64,000 nt of DNA from an uncultured Clostridia bacterium (GTDB taxonomy: Bacteria > Bacillota > Clostridia > TANB77 > CAG-508). Shown here piece by piece: positions 1 to 10,499 of the stretch; positions within the stretch are counted from its first letter, which is position 1; the number at the start of each line of letters is the position of its first letter. The stretch is taken from contig CANRBJ010000004.1 of the NCBI GenBank assembly GCA_947628815.1, positions 28,355 through 92,354 of the forward strand, given 5' to 3'. The translations under genes and the position numbers were made by a program. Under the pieces are notes generated by a model. It saw nothing but the letters and a program-made list of their open reading frames with translations. It made no database searches and was not told where the DNA came from.

Positions 1-75
1 TTTGAATAATCCAATCATCATCTCTGTATCTACTAAATTTTTACTACATCCAAGTGATATAAATCCTATTTTCAT
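1..75 (-). CDS. rimO: Ribosomal protein S12 methylthiotransferase, 5' part (runs off window)
   Basis: ATG at 75 gives MKIGFISLGCSKNLVDTEMMIGLFK, with the SLGC.KN.VD.E motif of RimO; GAGG-type RBS upstream. Confidence 0.85.
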   Translation of the reverse strand, partial: MKIGFISLGCSKNLVDTEMMIGLFK

Positions 76-208
76 ACTTTTCCTCTTTCTTTATTACTTT
101 TAACAAATATTTTAGCATATTTTGTCCCTTTTTTCTAGACTATTTTTATATATTTAGTATATAATATCTATATTAATAATTTATAATTTTAAATTTTAGG
201 AGGTTTTT

Positions 209-923
209 ATGACACCACATATTGAAGCAAAAAAAGGAGAAATTGCAAAAACTGTACTAATGCCAGGTGATCCACTTCGCGCAAAGTTAATTGCAGATAC
301 GTATTTAGATGATGTAAAATTGGTAAATTCTATTCGTAATATTTATGCTTATACTGGAACTTATAAAGGAAAAGAATTAACTGTGATGGCATCACGGAAT
401 GGGAATTCCTAGTATGGGAATTTATTCTTATGAGTTATTTCATTTCTATGAAGTTGATAATATTATACGTCTTGGTTCTTGTGGAGGATTTACTAAAGAT
501 TTAAAAATGTTTGGTTTAGTTTTAGTTGATAACACTTATACAGAAAGTAATTATGCATTAAGTATGAATAACGAGAATTGTCATTATATTTCATCAAGTA
601 ATATTTTAAATAAGAAAATAGAAGAAACTGCAAAAAAAATATCTATTCCAATAGTAAAAGCAAATACTCTATGTGGAGAAGTATTCGAACGTTATTCAAC
701 AAATATGAATGAAATGCTTAATAGAATTCCAAAAGAATATAATATTGCTGGCTCAGAAATGGAAGCATTTTCTTTGTTTTATAATGCTCGCTTACTTAAA
801 AAAAATGCAAGTTGTATACTTACTGTTGTTGATTCTTATTACTATAATGAAAATGCAACTGCAAAACAAAGACAAGATTCTTTAACACAAATGATTAAAC
901 TTGGTTTAGAAAGCACCTTATAA
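209..923 (+). CDS. deoD: Purine nucleoside phosphorylase, +1 frameshift at CGG 395-397 (237 aa joined)
   Basis: N-part MTPHI..PGDPLRA; TCA C-GGA ATG GGA ATT CCT restores SGMGIPS; C-part has EMEA; AGGAGG RBS. Confidence 0.93.
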
Positions 924-1010
924 ATTAACAAAAAATATCAAAACTATTGATTTTTTTCTTCTTTTTTTGTATATTATTACTTAGATTTTATAAAAAAAGG
1001 AGAATTTTAT

Positions 1011-1935
1011 ATGGAAGAAATTAGTGCACTTATTTTTGGACATAAAAATCCTGATACGGATTCAATTTGTTCAAGTTTAGTTCAAGAAAAATATGATCAC
1101 AACAATGGATGGAATACAAAAGCTGTACGTTTAGGAAAAATTAATAAAGAAACTCGGGTTTGTTTTAGATTATTTAGGAATTGAAGCTCCCGAATTAATT
1201 GATAAAGTTGAAGACGGTCAAGATGTTATTTTAGTTGATCATAATGAATTTACTCAAAGTGTAAATAACATTGAAAATGCCCATATTCAATATGTTATCG
1301 ATCACCATAGAATTGCAAATTTTGAAACTAAAGATCCTTTATATTATTTAGCAAAACCTTATGGATGCACTGCTACTATTCTTTTTGAAGAATTTAAAAA
1401 TGCTAATATGGAAATTGAAAAAAAGGAAGCCATTTTAATGCTTTCTGCTATCATTTCAGATACTTTACTTTTTAAATCACCAACTTGTACTGCTAAAGAT
1501 AAAATCGCTTGCGAAGAACTTGCAAAAATTGCAAATATTGATATTGATTCATATGGTTTGGATATGTTAAAAGCAGGAACTGATTTAAGTGATTTTACTC
1601 CCGAAGAAATGATTAACATAGATTCCAAAGAATTTGCAAATGGCGATATAAAATTTCAAGTTGCTCAAGTAAATACTGCTTGCATTGAAGATGTTTTACA
1701 AAATAAAGTTGAAATTGAAAAAGCAATGAAAGATTTTATTCAAAAAAATGGCTCTAAATTTTTTGTATTTTTAATTACAGATATAGTAAATAGCAATTCC
1801 CAAGCAATTATATTAGGAGATTGTACTGCCTTTGAAAAAGCATTTAATACAAAAGTTACAGATAATATGGCTTTCTTAGAAGGCGTAGTTTCTAGAAAAA
1901 AACAAGTTGCTCCAGCTATTTTAAATAACTTATAA
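1011..1935 (+). CDS. ppaC: Mn-dependent family II inorganic pyrophosphatase, +1 frameshift at CGG 1155-1157 (307 aa joined)
   Basis: ATG 1011 after AAGGAG; FGHKNPDTDSI, then ACT C-GGG TTT GTT TTA GAT into the frame holding VDHN, IDHH, SDTLLFKSPT and SRKKQV. Confidence 0.93.
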
Positions 1936-1944
1936 ATATAACTT

Positions 1945-1980
1945 AGAAAAGGCTTTAATATAAACAGAGCCTTTTCTTTT
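1945..1980. terminator. Bidirectional intrinsic terminator
   Basis: AGAAAAGGCT...AGCCTTTTCT inverted repeat between convergent genes. Confidence 0.75.
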
Positions 1981-2589
1981 TTATACTAAAGGAATTTTGT
2001 GTCGTTTAGTTTCTAAAAGGCTTATGCGTTTTTCGTGATCTACAATATATTTTTTATTTTCTACAGTGGCTATATCTAATACTTTTATTCTAGATTTACT
2101 AATTTTATATTCTTTATCAATAACATTCATTATTGTTTCACATGTTTCTTTTGTAAACTCAGCTATTTCTCTAACCTCTGCTATCTCCTCTTTTAGTTCT
2201 GCTCGAACTTCTGCTATTTCTGCTTTTAGTTCTGCTCGAACTTCTGCTATTTCTGCTTTTAGTTCTGCTCGAACTTCCGCTATTTCTGCTTTTAGTTCTG
2301 CTCGAACTTCCGCTATTTCCGCTTTTAGCTCTGTTCGAACTTCTTCTATTTTTTCTCCCAATTCTTCTCGAACTTTTGCTATCTCTGTTTTAAATTCTTT
2401 TCTTAGGTTTTCTTCTACTCTATCTATTTTCTCTGATAATTTTACTTGTCCAATAGATAAATCTGCTATCTGTCCTTCTATTTTTGCTTCCATATTAGTC
2501 ATATTTTCTTGTAACGTATTTATTTGCGATGACATTGCAGTAATTTGTTCTAGTATCATTTGTGCAATATTTTCTTCCATTGTTCTCAC
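1981..2589 (-). CDS. Coiled-coil protein with 11-aa tandem repeats (EIAEVRAELKA)
   Basis: 202 aa ORF, GAGGTG RBS region, repeated hendecads; start could be GTG 2589 or ATG 2580. Confidence 0.8.
   Translation of the reverse strand: MRTMEENIAQMILEQITAMSSQINTLQENMTNMEAKIEGQIADLSIGQVKLSEKIDRVEENLRKEFKTEIAKVREELGEKIEEVRTELKAEIAEVRAELKAEIAEVRAELKAEIAEVRAELKAEIAEVRAELKEEIAEVREIAEFTKETCETIMNVIDKEYKISKSRIKVLDIATVENKKYIVDHEKRISLLETKRHKIPLV
2170..2345. repeat. About 5 copies of a 33-bp coding tandem repeat
   Basis: TTCTGCTATTTCTGCTTTTAGTTCTGCTCGAAC repeated with few substitutions. Confidence 0.9.
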
Positions 2590-2660
2590 CTCTTTATTTT
2601 ATTAATTGGATTTCTTTAAAGAATTATAATAAAAATGACAAAAATATTTTTGACATTCTT

Positions 2661-2755
2661 ATTGTAATACATTTATTTTTATATTGCAAGCTTTTTCGTT
2701 CGACACATTTCGACATTCTGGCATTTTTCGTTGATTTCTTCATATTTTTTCGACT
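2661..2755 (-). promoter_or_regulatory. SigA-like promoter with upstream tandem Spo0A-box matches
   Basis: Minus strand TTGCAA-N17-TACAAT (2689..2661); TGTCGAA at 2699-2705 and 2709-2715; a near match at 2749-2755. Confidence 0.55.
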
Positions 2756-2762
2756 TAATTTT

Positions 2763-3647
2763 TTATATATTTTTTAACAAATTTTGTAATTCTTCTTTGC
2801 TAAATTGATAAGTTTTATTGCAAAAATGACATACTGTTTCAATACTCCCTTGCGTTTTAATAATATCATTTATTTCTTCTTTCCCCAATGAAATTAATCC
2901 CTTTTCAATTTTTTCTTTACTACAATCACATTCATACATAGGCACTATGTCTTCTTCAATAATTCGTACTTTTTCATCACCTGTAATGTCCTTAGCTATT
3001 TCTAATAAAGTCATATTTTCATCTAACATCTGACTAATTGGTTTTGCTTCTTTTATTCTATTTTCCAAAATGAATAAATCATCTTCTGTTGCATCTGGCA
3101 TAGGCGTAATAACATATCCTCCACTAGATTTTACTCCATCTTTATTTACCAATACACCTAAGGCAACTGCTGTATTTGTTTGTTCTGATGATGCAAAATA
3201 ATTTGCAAAATCTTCTGCAATTTCTCCTGTAACAAGAGGCACCATTCCTATATATGGCTCTTTTAATCCTATATCTTTAATAATGTTTAAGTATCCTTCT
3301 TTTCCAAGAGCCCCACCTACATTTAGTTTTCCATTTTTTAATGGTAGGTCTACTTGTGCATTTTCAACATATCCCTTTAATTTTGGATTATTGTTTGCAA
3401 CAACTACCATTCCACCTAATAATCCATTTCCTTTTATTTGAATTGTTAATTTATCCTCTTTATTTTTCATATTTACTGCCATAATGGATGCAATTGTTAA
3501 GGTTCTTCCAAAGGCTGCTGTTGCAACAGGGCTTAAATCGTGTAGTTTTCTTGCTTTTTCTACTAAATTAGTAGTACTTGCACATATCATGCTTACTCTT
3601 CCATTGTATGCTAAAAACTTTATTATCTTATCGTTATTTTCCACCAT
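2763..3647 (-). CDS. hslO: Hsp33 redox-regulated chaperone
   Basis: CDCS and CHFC zinc motifs, GEIAEDFANYFASSEQ. Confidence 0.95.
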   Translation of the reverse strand: MVENNDKIIKFLAYNGRVSMICASTTNLVEKARKLHDLSPVATAAFGRTLTIASIMAVNMKNKEDKLTIQIKGNGLLGGMVVVANNNPKLKGYVENAQVDLPLKNGKLNVGGALGKEGYLNIIKDIGLKEPYIGMVPLVTGEIAEDFANYFASSEQTNTAVALGVLVNKDGVKSSGGYVITPMPDATEDDLFILENRIKEAKPISQMLDENMTLLEIAKDITGDEKVRIIEEDIVPMYECDCSKEKIEKGLISLGKEEINDIIKTQGSIETVCHFCNKTYQFSKEELQNLLKNI

Positions 3648-3739
3648 CATTTCCCCTCTCATTTTTGACCTTAGAATTATATCACAATTATGAAAAAAAA
3701 TAAAGAAAAATTTAGGGTAAGAAAATCACCCTAAACTAA

Positions 3740-3892
3740 CTAAATTTCTTCAAACATATCTTTTCCCACACCACATAATGGACACACCCATGTATCTGGT
3801 AAATCTTCAAAAGAAGTTCCTGGTGCTATTCCATTATCTGGATCTCCTATTTCTGGATTGTACTCATATCCACATGCTAAACACTTATACAT
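3740..3892 (-). CDS. Rubredoxin with its own internal start (50 aa)
   Basis: AGGAGG at 3905-3900, 7 nt before ATG 3892; two CxxC motifs. Confidence 0.75.
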   Translation of the reverse strand: MYKCLACGYEYNPEIGDPDNGIAPGTSFEDLPDTWVCPLCGVGKDMFEEI

Positions 3893-4981
3893 TTCATTAC
3901 CTCCTCTTAATTTAAATATATTTTTATATCCTATTGCTATTACTGCAATTACAATTAAAGCAAAGGATAATGCTTTCCATATTCCACTTTCTAAAAGTAC
4001 AATTGCAAACATTCCAAATGTTGCACTAATTCCATATAAAATTAAAACTGCTTCTTTTTGAGTAAAACCTCTTTTTAACATTTTATGATGTAAATGTCCT
4101 TTATCTGGCATAACTACTGCTTTTATAGATTTTGTTTTTGCAAATCTTCTTACAATTGCAAATAATGTATCAAATACTGGAAGAGCAAGTACAATTAGTG
4201 GTGCTACAATAACAATTGCCGTATATGTTTTTGCTACTCCTAATATTGATATAACTGCAAGAGAATATCCTAAAAAGTTTGAACCAGTATCGCCAATAAA
4301 AGTTTTTGCAGGATTAAAATTAAATGGTAAAAATCCTGTTAATGCTCCTGCAAGAGCTGTAATCATAATAATTGCAATTAGTGGTGAATCATTTAGTGAA
4401 AATATAATTATTAATGATAAGCAGGATATTAGCGATATTCCAGAGGATAGTCCATCTAAACCATCTATTAAATTAATTGCATTAGTAATTCCCACAATCC
4501 ATCCAATAGTTAATACAACTGAAAATATTTCATTTAATTGAGTTAAATCACCATTTTCTGTTAAGAATGGGATATTTATATGTTGAATAATTATTCCACT
4601 TTTTACAATTATACTTGCTGCAATAACTTGACCTAATAATTTTACAAGCGCTGGTATTCCTTTTACATCATCTACGAAACATGTAATTATAATAATTACC
4701 GCTCCTAAAAAATATCCTATTAGTTTCATATAGTATTGATCTTCAATTAAATTGATTGAACCCTCTATTTCCATAATTGTAAGTAAGTATATAATTGATA
4801 CTAAAAAACCTGCAATTACTGCAAGTCCACCTAAACGTGGCATTGGTTTTTTATTTATTCTTCTTTCGTCCTTTGGTAAATCAATCGCTCCTAATTTTTT
4901 GGCAATTTTAATTGTGTATGGTGTAACTACAAATGCTGTAATAAATGCTAACAAAAACGCAATTGCGATATCTCCCCACAT
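3740..4981 (-). CDS. tagO: Undecaprenyl-phosphate GlcNAc-1-phosphate transferase (MraY/WecA/TagO family) fused in frame to a C-terminal rubredoxin
   Basis: [30 protein letters not shown] motifs, then CLACGY...WVCPLCG. Confidence 0.9.
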   Translation of the reverse strand: MWGDIAIAFLLAFITAFVVTPYTIKIAKKLGAIDLPKDERRINKKPMPRLGGLAVIAGFLVSIIYLLTIMEIEGSINLIEDQYYMKLIGYFLGAVIIIITCFVDDVKGIPALVKLLGQVIAASIIVKSGIIIQHINIPFLTENGDLTQLNEIFSVVLTIGWIVGITNAINLIDGLDGLSSGISLISCLSLIIIFSLNDSPLIAIIMITALAGALTGFLPFNFNPAKTFIGDTGSNFLGYSLAVISILGVAKTYTAIVIVAPLIVLALPVFDTLFAIVRRFAKTKSIKAVVMPDKGHLHHKMLKRGFTQKEAVLILYGISATFGMFAIVLLESGIWKALSFALIVIAVIAIGYKNIFKLRGGNEMYKCLACGYEYNPEIGDPDNGIAPGTSFEDLPDTWVCPLCGVGKDMFEEI

Positions 4982-5090
4982 AATGCCCTCCTAATTTTCT
5001 TTTTTCATAAATCAATATATCATAATAATATGTATATTACAATATTTTTTTCATATATATTTAATATCATTTTCATAGGAGGAATTTATA

Positions 5091-6293
5091 TTGAAAAATA
5101 AATTTAATATTATTTTATTATCTTTTAAAAACAATGTGCTTCCAGCTTTAATTATTATATTTATTGTATTTTTAGTATTATTCTCAAATGAAAATTTAAT
5201 AGCTACAAAAAAAGGATTATCTTTATGGTTTAACTCTGTTGTTCCTTCACTTTTACCTTTTTTTATTGCTACTGAATTATTAGGTCATACCCAAATAGTT
5301 TATTTTATTGGTAATCTTCTTAATAAATATATGAAACCTATTTTTAATGTACCAGGAATTGGTGCATATGCTTTTGTTATGGGTATTATTAGTGGATATC
5401 CAGTAGGTGCAAAAATTGTCACCAAATTTAGACAAGATGGTGTTTGTACTAAACGAGAGGCAGAAAGACTTCTTGCTTTTACAAATAATTCTGGTCCTCT
5501 TTTTATTATTGGTACTGTAGGAATTAGTTTGTTTGGAAATACTACTATAGGCTTTTTATTATTTTTAACTCATTTCTTGTCTTGCATTATTGTTGGTTTT
5601 ATATTTCGTTTTTGGAATGTTAATGATAAAGAAATTATTTCATCTCGTAATATAAAGATGAATAATACAGAAAATTTAACTTTTTCAAATTTAGGAGAAA
5701 TACTTGCTTCTAGTATTATGAAATCAGTTAATACAGTAGTTATGATTGGAGGGTTTGTGGTTATTTTTTCTGTTATAATTTCAATTTTAAATAATGCTGG
5801 AATTTTTAGTTTATGCTCTAGTGTACTTACTCCAATTTTTGCATCTATTAAACTTGATACAAGTTATATTAAACCTCTAATTTCAGGTTTTGTAGAACTT
5901 ACAAATGGTCTAAGTCAAATTACACTTATTCCTACAAAATCTATTTCTGTAACAATAACTTTGGTAGCATTTTTGTTAGGATTTGGAGGAATTTCCGTTG
6001 CATTACAAGTACTTAGTATAACTTCAAAATCTGACATTTCTATAAAGCCATATTTTTTAGGGAAATTTTTGCATGGCATAATTGCGGCAATTTTAACATA
6101 TACATTTATACACATTTTCCCTGTTTTTGATTTAGATATTACTCCAATATTTTCGCAAAATGTGAATAATGTTTCACTAACAAATTCTTATACAAATCCT
6201 TATAGTTTATTAATACTTGCTTTGTTTATATTTTCAACTATATACTTAATTATTAATAGAAAAAGATATAAAGCCTATAAAAATTATCATTAA
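5091..6293 (+). CDS. ylbJ: Sporulation integral membrane protein YlbJ
   Basis: PSLLPFF, SGYPVGAK, NNSGPLFIIG, ELTNG motifs; AGGAGG RBS. Confidence 0.9.
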   Translation: MKNKFNIILLSFKNNVLPALIIIFIVFLVLFSNENLIATKKGLSLWFNSVVPSLLPFFIATELLGHTQIVYFIGNLLNKYMKPIFNVPGIGAYAFVMGIISGYPVGAKIVTKFRQDGVCTKREAERLLAFTNNSGPLFIIGTVGISLFGNTTIGFLLFLTHFLSCIIVGFIFRFWNVNDKEIISSRNIKMNNTENLTFSNLGEILASSIMKSVNTVVMIGGFVVIFSVIISILNNAGIFSLCSSVLTPIFASIKLDTSYIKPLISGFVELTNGLSQITLIPTKSISVTITLVAFLLGFGGISVALQVLSITSKSDISIKPYFLGKFLHGIIAAILTYTFIHIFPVFDLDITPIFSQNVNNVSLTNSYTNPYSLLILALFIFSTIYLIINRKRYKAYKNYH

Positions 6294-6334
6294 TTAATTG
6301 ACTGTTGAATACATTATAATAGAGGAGTGATATA

Positions 6335-6553
6335 ATGGATAGAAATATGGATTTTAATGGTTTTGATACTATGAACTTTGACCCAAATATGGCAAATGAT
6401 AATTTTTATAGAGATCCTATGTTTAATCCTATGATGCAATATGAGCAAGCTTATATGTACTATAGATATATGTCTCAACAAATGGAATATAAGATTAAAT
6501 GTAAAGAATATGACAAATTATGTGGTAAAGAAAAAGAACGAAGAATTGAGTAG
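6335..6553 (+). CDS. Small hypothetical protein (Met/Asn/Tyr rich)
   Basis: 72 aa ORF with GAGGAG RBS and a hairpin at its end. Confidence 0.7.
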   Translation: MDRNMDFNGFDTMNFDPNMANDNFYRDPMFNPMMQYEQAYMYYRYMSQQMEYKIKCKEYDKLCGKEKERRIE

Positions 6554-6573
6554 TATTCTTCGTTCTTTTTTCT

Positions 6574-7878
6574 CTATTTTATAATGTCTAAAATTACATT
6601 TGGTTTTTGTACTTTTTCTTTACCTATTTTATAAATTTTATTTAATTCATCTCTTGCATCATTACCTAATTTTTCATCGTTTGCATGAATATATGCAAGT
6701 ATTTCTCCTTCATTTACTTCATCTGATACTTTTTTTAATATAGTTATACCTACTGTTTCATCTATATTGTCTTCTTTACGCATTCTACCTGCTCCTAGTT
6801 TTGCAGATATTTCTCCTACTTTTCTTGCAGGAATTTCTTCTATGTATCCGTCTTTTTCGCATATTACAGGTATTTTAAATTTAGCTTTTTTGAATTTTTC
6901 TATATTTTCTATATATGAAATATCTCCTCCCTGATTTTCTACTAATTGTACTAATTTTTTATATGCTTTTCCATTTTTTATATTTTCTTGTATTTTCTTT
7001 TTATTTTCTTCTATATCTTCTCCCATTCCTGCTATTTTTATCATATATGCTCCAAGTTCTAGCACTACTTTTTCTACATCTTCTTGCATTTGGCCTTTTA
7101 ATGCTTTAATTGCTTCTATTACTTCTAAATTGTTTCCTACTGCACTTCCTAGCGGTTCATTCATATTTGTAATAATGCACACTGTTTCTTTTCCTGCAAG
7201 TTTTCCAATATCATTCATCACTTTAGCTAGTTCTCTTGCTTCTTCTTTAGTTTGCATAAAGGCACCATTTCCACAAGTTACATCTAATACAATTTTATTT
7301 GCTCCTGCTGCAATTTTTTTGCTCATAATGCTAGATGCTATAAGTGGAATGCTGTCTGTACAACTAATGGTATCTCGTAATGCATAAATTTTTTTATCTG
7401 CTGGTGCTAAGTTTAGAGTTTGTCCGATTAAACTAATTCCAACTTGTTGTACATTTTTTATAAAATCTTCAATTGCTACATTTGTATGATACCCTGGTAT
7501 TGACTCTAGTTTGTCAATAGTTCCACCTGTGAAACCTAGGCCTCTTCCAGACATTTTTGCAACTGGTATACCTAATGATGCAATGATTGGCATAAGTATT
7601 AATGTTATTTTATCTCCAACCCCTCCTGTACTATGTTTATCTACAACGTTTTTTCCAAATACAGATAAATCTAACATTTCGCCTGAATGTGCCATTGCAA
7701 GTGTTAAATTTGTTATTTCTTCTTTATTCATTCCTTGAATATAAATAGCCATAATAAGCGCTGAAGCTTGATAATCTGTTATATTTCCATTTGTATATTC
7801 TTTTATAAAGTATTCAATTTCGTCCTTTGATAGTTCTTTATTATCTCTCTTTTTTGCTATAATTTCTAAAATGTTCAT
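6574..7878 (-). CDS. pdp: Pyrimidine-nucleoside phosphorylase
   Basis: DKHSTGGVGDK, KMSGRGLG, SIMSKK. Confidence 0.95.
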   Translation of the reverse strand: MNILEIIAKKRDNKELSKDEIEYFIKEYTNGNITDYQASALIMAIYIQGMNKEEITNLTLAMAHSGEMLDLSVFGKNVVDKHSTGGVGDKITLILMPIIASLGIPVAKMSGRGLGFTGGTIDKLESIPGYHTNVAIEDFIKNVQQVGISLIGQTLNLAPADKKIYALRDTISCTDSIPLIASSIMSKKIAAGANKIVLDVTCGNGAFMQTKEEARELAKVMNDIGKLAGKETVCIITNMNEPLGSAVGNNLEVIEAIKALKGQMQEDVEKVVLELGAYMIKIAGMGEDIEENKKKIQENIKNGKAYKKLVQLVENQGGDISYIENIEKFKKAKFKIPVICEKDGYIEEIPARKVGEISAKLGAGRMRKEDNIDETVGITILKKVSDEVNEGEILAYIHANDEKLGNDARDELNKIYKIGKEKVQKPNVILDIIK

Positions 7879-7916
7879 TTTACCTCCCAAATTTGTATTT
7901 TAAATTTTTCATCTTG

Positions 7917-8546
7917 TTATACAAAATTCTTCGTGAAACTTCTTCTGTGTATTGGGCATAACCCATATTGCTTTATAGCTTCTATATGTGCTGCTGTTCC
8001 ATACCCTTTATGTTTACAAAAACCATACATAGGATAAATTTCTTCCCACTCTCTCATAATTCTATCCCTTGTTACTTTTGCTATAATTGATGCTGCTGCA
8101 ATTGAATATGCCTTTGCATCTCCTTTTACAATAGAATTATATGGTATACCTAAAGTATCTATTTTATTTAAAGCATCTACTAAAATTAAATCTGGCTTTA
8201 CCGAAAGTTCTTGTAAAGATACGGTTAATCCTTTTTTAGTTGCATTTAATATATTAATTTCATCAATTTCTTTTTCATCGATAATTCCTATACCATAACT
8301 TATCGCTTCTTCAGTTATTTTCTCATATAATTCTTCCCTTTTCTTTTCAGATACTTTTTTGGAATCATTTACTCCTTCTATCATAGAGTCTCTTGACATA
8401 ATAACACTTGCTACTACAACTGGCCCTGCAAGTGGCCCACGTCCTGCTTCATCTATTCCACATATGTAATTATAGTTCGAATTTTTATAGATTTCTTCTT
8501 CTATTTTTTTTAAATCTTGTAATCTTATCAGTTCTTTTTCTTTCAT
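7917..8546 (-). CDS. rnhB: Ribonuclease HII
   Basis: GIDEAGRGPLAGPVV, DSKK, KGD, AASIIAKV. Confidence 0.95.
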   Translation of the reverse strand: MKEKELIRLQDLKKIEEEIYKNSNYNYICGIDEAGRGPLAGPVVVASVIMSRDSMIEGVNDSKKVSEKKREELYEKITEEAISYGIGIIDEKEIDEINILNATKKGLTVSLQELSVKPDLILVDALNKIDTLGIPYNSIVKGDAKAYSIAAASIIAKVTRDRIMREWEEIYPMYGFCKHKGYGTAAHIEAIKQYGLCPIHRRSFTKNFV

Positions 8547-8556
8547 TTTCAACCTC

Positions 8557-9030
8557 TTAATTTATAGTTAATTGTTTCATATCTGATAATTTATAATATG
8601 TTTTTCCATCATTTGAAAATCCTTTTACATATATTACTTCTGCTGTTTCGTAGTTAACAAGATATCCATTTTCTATATTAATTTTTTCTAGTCCCATTTC
8701 ATTTAAATCTGATTTTGAAAGGAGATAAAACTTTTCAGCATCCTCACTCTTAATCGCTCCTGAATCTATTATTTTTTGCATGCTAGATGCATTCATCTTT
8801 GTTCCTTTATAACCAGAAGTATCACTTGCATCTTTATTAAAGTTCGCTTGCTCAGCAATTGTCTTTACTTTTACTTGTATTAACATCATATTTGTATTAA
8901 TTGTTTGTAATTGTGCTTGTCTTATAACATTATCTCCTACATAAACTGTTACTGAAGCTATAATTAACAACACAATTATTGTAATAGTTAAAGCTACAAT
9001 CGTAATTCCTTTAGAATTTAATTTACCCAT
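8557..9030 (-). CDS. Type IV pilin-like protein
   Basis: Class III-like signal KGITIVALTITIIVLLIIASV; AGGAG RBS before ATG 9030. Confidence 0.75.
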   Translation of the reverse strand: MGKLNSKGITIVALTITIIVLLIIASVTVYVGDNVIRQAQLQTINTNMMLIQVKVKTIAEQANFNKDASDTSGYKGTKMNASSMQKIIDSGAIKSEDAEKFYLLSKSDLNEMGLEKINIENGYLVNYETAEVIYVKGFSNDGKTYYKLSDMKQLTIN

Positions 9031-9142
9031 TTTCTTCACTCCTAGTTATATATTAAAATTTTTTAATTATTCTTCTTTTATTATATATATTAATAGAATT
9101 ATTTTCAACAAATTTTATTATAAATTTTAATTTCCATATTTT

Positions 9143-9178
9143 TTTCACAAATAATTCACATAACTATTGTATTATAAT
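9143..9178 (+). promoter_or_regulatory. htrA promoter with TTCACA-N5-TTCACA direct repeat (CssR/OmpR-type site)
   Basis: TTTTCACAAATAATTCACA followed by TATAAT. Confidence 0.55.
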
Positions 9179-9214
9179 ATAGATTTATTTATTATTAATA
9201 TGGAGGTTTTAAAA

Positions 9215-10447
9215 ATGGAAGATAATAATTCTAATCAAAAAACAACTACTTATACAGTAGTAGGTAATACTTCTAAAAAAGAAAAAAATCAAAATTATGG
9301 ATTTGGAAGAAGTGTTTTATTACCATTTTGTTCTGGTGTACTAGGAGCAACATTAATTATTGGTACATGTTTTGGTGTTCCAGAAATAAAGGAGAAAATT
9401 ATAGGAGCAACTATTAGTTCTTCTGGAAGCACTCTTTCACAAAATAATACAAATACTTATTCTGGTACATTAAGAGAAGTTTCTTTATCAAATTATTCTG
9501 ATACTGGAATTCAAGTTGCCGAAAAAGTTCGTCCATCTATTGTTGGAATTAAAGTTGAATATACTGTAAATTCGATTTTTTCGAATAATGGAACCGCTGA
9601 AGCAGAAGGTTCTGGCATTATTATGAGTGAAGATGGTTATATTTTAACTAATAATCATATTGTAAATTCTTCTTCAAATAATTCTTATTATGAAGTATCA
9701 AAAGCAAGTAAGGTAACTGTTCATTTGTATAATGATGAAACAGAATATGAAGCAAAAATTATTGGTACAGATGAACAAACAGATTTAGCCGTTATAAAAA
9801 TAGAAAAAACTGGTTTAACTGCTGCTGAAATTGGTAACTCTGATGATGTAAAAGTAGGCGAATTTTCAATGGCTATTGGAAATCCTTTGGGTATGCAAAG
9901 CAGTGTAACAGGTGGTATGATTAGTGCTGTTAATAGAGATGTTACCGATTCTGACGGAAAAACTTTTACTTTAATTCAAACAGATGCTGCTATTAATGCT
10001 GGAAATAGTGGTGGTGCTTTAGTAAACGCTGAAGGTAAAGTTATTGGTATTAATACTTTAAAACTTTCTGGAACTGGTATAGAAGGTATGGGATTTGCTA
10101 TTCCAATTAATTCTACACTTGATATTTATGATCAATTAATTCAATATAACAAAGTAAAAAGACCTTATATTGGAATTACAGGAATTGATTTAGATGAAAA
10201 AACAGCTGAATTTAATCATCTTGTTGTAGGTGTATATGTAAAAGCTATTGAAGATTTCTCTAGTGCTGAAAAAGCAGAATTAAAAGTTGGTGATGTTATT
10301 ATTGAAGCTGATGGTAAAAAAATTACTACAATGGATGAATTAAATGAAATAAAAAATACTCATAAAATTGGTGATGAAATGACTTTAAAAGTAAATCGTA
10401 ATGGAAATGAAGTTTCTATTACATTAACCCTTTCTGAACAACCATAA
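9215..10447 (+). CDS. htrA: HtrA serine protease with PDZ domain
   Basis: TM helix, TNNH, DLAVIK, GNSGG, C-terminal PDZ. Confidence 0.95.
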   Translation: MEDNNSNQKTTTYTVVGNTSKKEKNQNYGFGRSVLLPFCSGVLGATLIIGTCFGVPEIKEKIIGATISSSGSTLSQNNTNTYSGTLREVSLSNYSDTGIQVAEKVRPSIVGIKVEYTVNSIFSNNGTAEAEGSGIIMSEDGYILTNNHIVNSSSNNSYYEVSKASKVTVHLYNDETEYEAKIIGTDEQTDLAVIKIEKTGLTAAEIGNSDDVKVGEFSMAIGNPLGMQSSVTGGMISAVNRDVTDSDGKTFTLIQTDAAINAGNSGGALVNAEGKVIGINTLKLSGTGIEGMGFAIPINSTLDIYDQLIQYNKVKRPYIGITGIDLDEKTAEFNHLVVGVYVKAIEDFSSAEKAELKVGDVIIEADGKKITTMDELNEIKNTHKIGDEMTLKVNRNGNEVSITLTLSEQP

Positions 10448-10499
10448 CATATTCACTTTTTATTCACACAATAGACAAAATTGTTTTGTATTATATGTG

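Noticed and set aside
2170-2345. Possible CRISPR array
   Set aside because: Contiguous 33-bp coding repeats with no spacers and no cas genes.
2066-2605. 179-aa plus-strand ORF with SAISAFSSART repeats
   Set aside because: Antisense shadow of the coiled-coil repeat gene.
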